Positions 42,986 through 43,571 of a stretch of DNA of 43,571 bases are shown here, one piece after another (positions within the stretch are counted from its first letter, which is position 1; every line of letters starts with the position of its first letter). A program made the position numbers and the translations under genes. The stretch comes from Verrucomicrobiota bacterium (GTDB lineage: Bacteria; Verrucomicrobiota; Verrucomicrobiia; Verrucomicrobiales; Akkermansiaceae). The notes beneath the pieces are model-generated. The model was given only the letters and a program-made list of their open reading frames with translations. It had not been told where the DNA came from and made no database searches. The DNA lies in assembly GCA_039804425.1 (NCBI GenBank), contig JBDLWB010000049.1:1-43571 (forward strand). The letters run 5' to 3'.

Positions 42986-43053
42986 GGAGGTGGGTGAGTG
43001 ATCAGGAATACGGGGCAGGAGTGGCATTTCTTTCAGTGGGTGAGCAGTGCTTT

Positions 43054-43479
43054 TCACGATGTTGTGTCATGCGGCGGCGCTGTTTCGCGGGGCTCCGACA
43101 TTTCGTTGAGGTAAATGTTGAGCGCGCCATTCGAAGCGAGCACTTCCCATAGCGACAGCAGCAGCGACACAGCCATGCTGGCAGCACTGAGTGTGAATAA
43201 GATAACGCCGCTCGTTTGATGGTCAAGGAGCAAACTTAGGATGGATGCCAAACAGCCGATCAGGCTGATGACGCCCGTCGCTTGGCACCAGCGGATGAGT
43301 TCGATGCGTCGACGGATGTTAATGATTTGCGCTCGCAGACTCGGTTCGTGTCCATAAAGCCAGTCGGAGTGAAGTTTCCGTACCAATGAGCTGAGGTGGA
43401 GGAAGCGATTGGTGTAAGCGAGAAAAATCAGTGAGATGGCGGGAAATAGTGCGGCGGGGCTGGTGATCGTGATTTCCAT
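43054..43479 (-). CDS. DUF2721 domain-containing membrane protein
   Basis: 141 aa. N-terminal PAISLIFLAYTNRFLHLSSLVRKLH, a central IRRRIELIRW and two further TM helices give the typical DUF2721 layout. Confidence 0.65.
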   Translation of the reverse strand: MEITITSPAALFPAISLIFLAYTNRFLHLSSLVRKLHSDWLYGHEPSLRAQIINIRRRIELIRWCQATGVISLIGCLASILSLLLDHQTSGVILFTLSAASMAVSLLLSLWEVLASNGALNIYLNEMSEPRETAPPHDTTS

Positions 43480-43571
43480 AGGAGTGATTGGGGATGGGGC
43501 GGAGAGATGGCGAGCTCCGTGGCAAAAGATAGCGGAACATCCGCGTCATGGCAAACATCTCACGAATGATC

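Noticed and set aside
1-43571. Scan for CRISPR arrays, tRNA/rRNA genes, transposases, integrases and phage or defence genes
   Set aside because: None were recognised. Intergenic gaps are too short or lack T-loop-like GTTCRANYC motifs, no spaced direct repeats were seen, and no ORF shows transposase, integrase or nuclease-defence signatures. This was a by-eye scan only, and tRNAscan-SE or Infernal would be needed for a definitive answer.

Overview
This is a 43.6-kb, gene-dense chromosomal segment with about 38 CDS and mostly short gaps or overlapping stop/start codons. I saw no rRNA, tRNA, CRISPR array, transposase or integrase by eye.

The gene content points to a PVC-superphylum genome, most likely Verrucomicrobiota. 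The markers are a PSCyt1/PSCyt2/PSD1 giant lipoprotein paired with a TAT-exported DUF1501 protein, a PEP-CTERM protein, a TAT-signal xylose-isomerase-like TIM barrel, a TIGR03790-like secreted protein and a stand-alone HPr kinase.

Housekeeping genes recognised with confidence are hisS, xth, dnaN, cca, hprK, hslO (Hsp33), a MoxR ATPase and a GatB/YqeY protein.

The centre of the window (about 16.9-30.2 kb) is the most interesting part. It is an AraC-associated glycan-utilisation locus without SusC/D. It holds:
- a secreted beta-helix enzyme;
- a small PEP-CTERM beta-sandwich protein with its own terminator;
- a secreted, divergent GH29-like glycosidase whose discoidin domain seems to carry a nested insert;
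- an AraA/FucI-superfamily isomerase;
- a roughly 1200-aa GH106-like enzyme with no signal peptide;
- a GPH-type symporter;
- a secreted esterase.

Other modules worth a second look:
- an ECF sigma / single-pass membrane protein / protease-less PDZ protein operon;
- an overlapping hslO-gpgS-GNAT operon;
- a yqeY-xth-moxR operon with an orphan MoxR;
- an MBL hydrolase translationally coupled to a TIGR03790-like protein;
- the DUF2721 / PSCyt-LamG-PSD1 / DUF1501 cluster;
- a roughly 500-nt AT-rich intergenic region upstream of hisS.

All family assignments come from reading motifs in the supplied translations. No database search was run.
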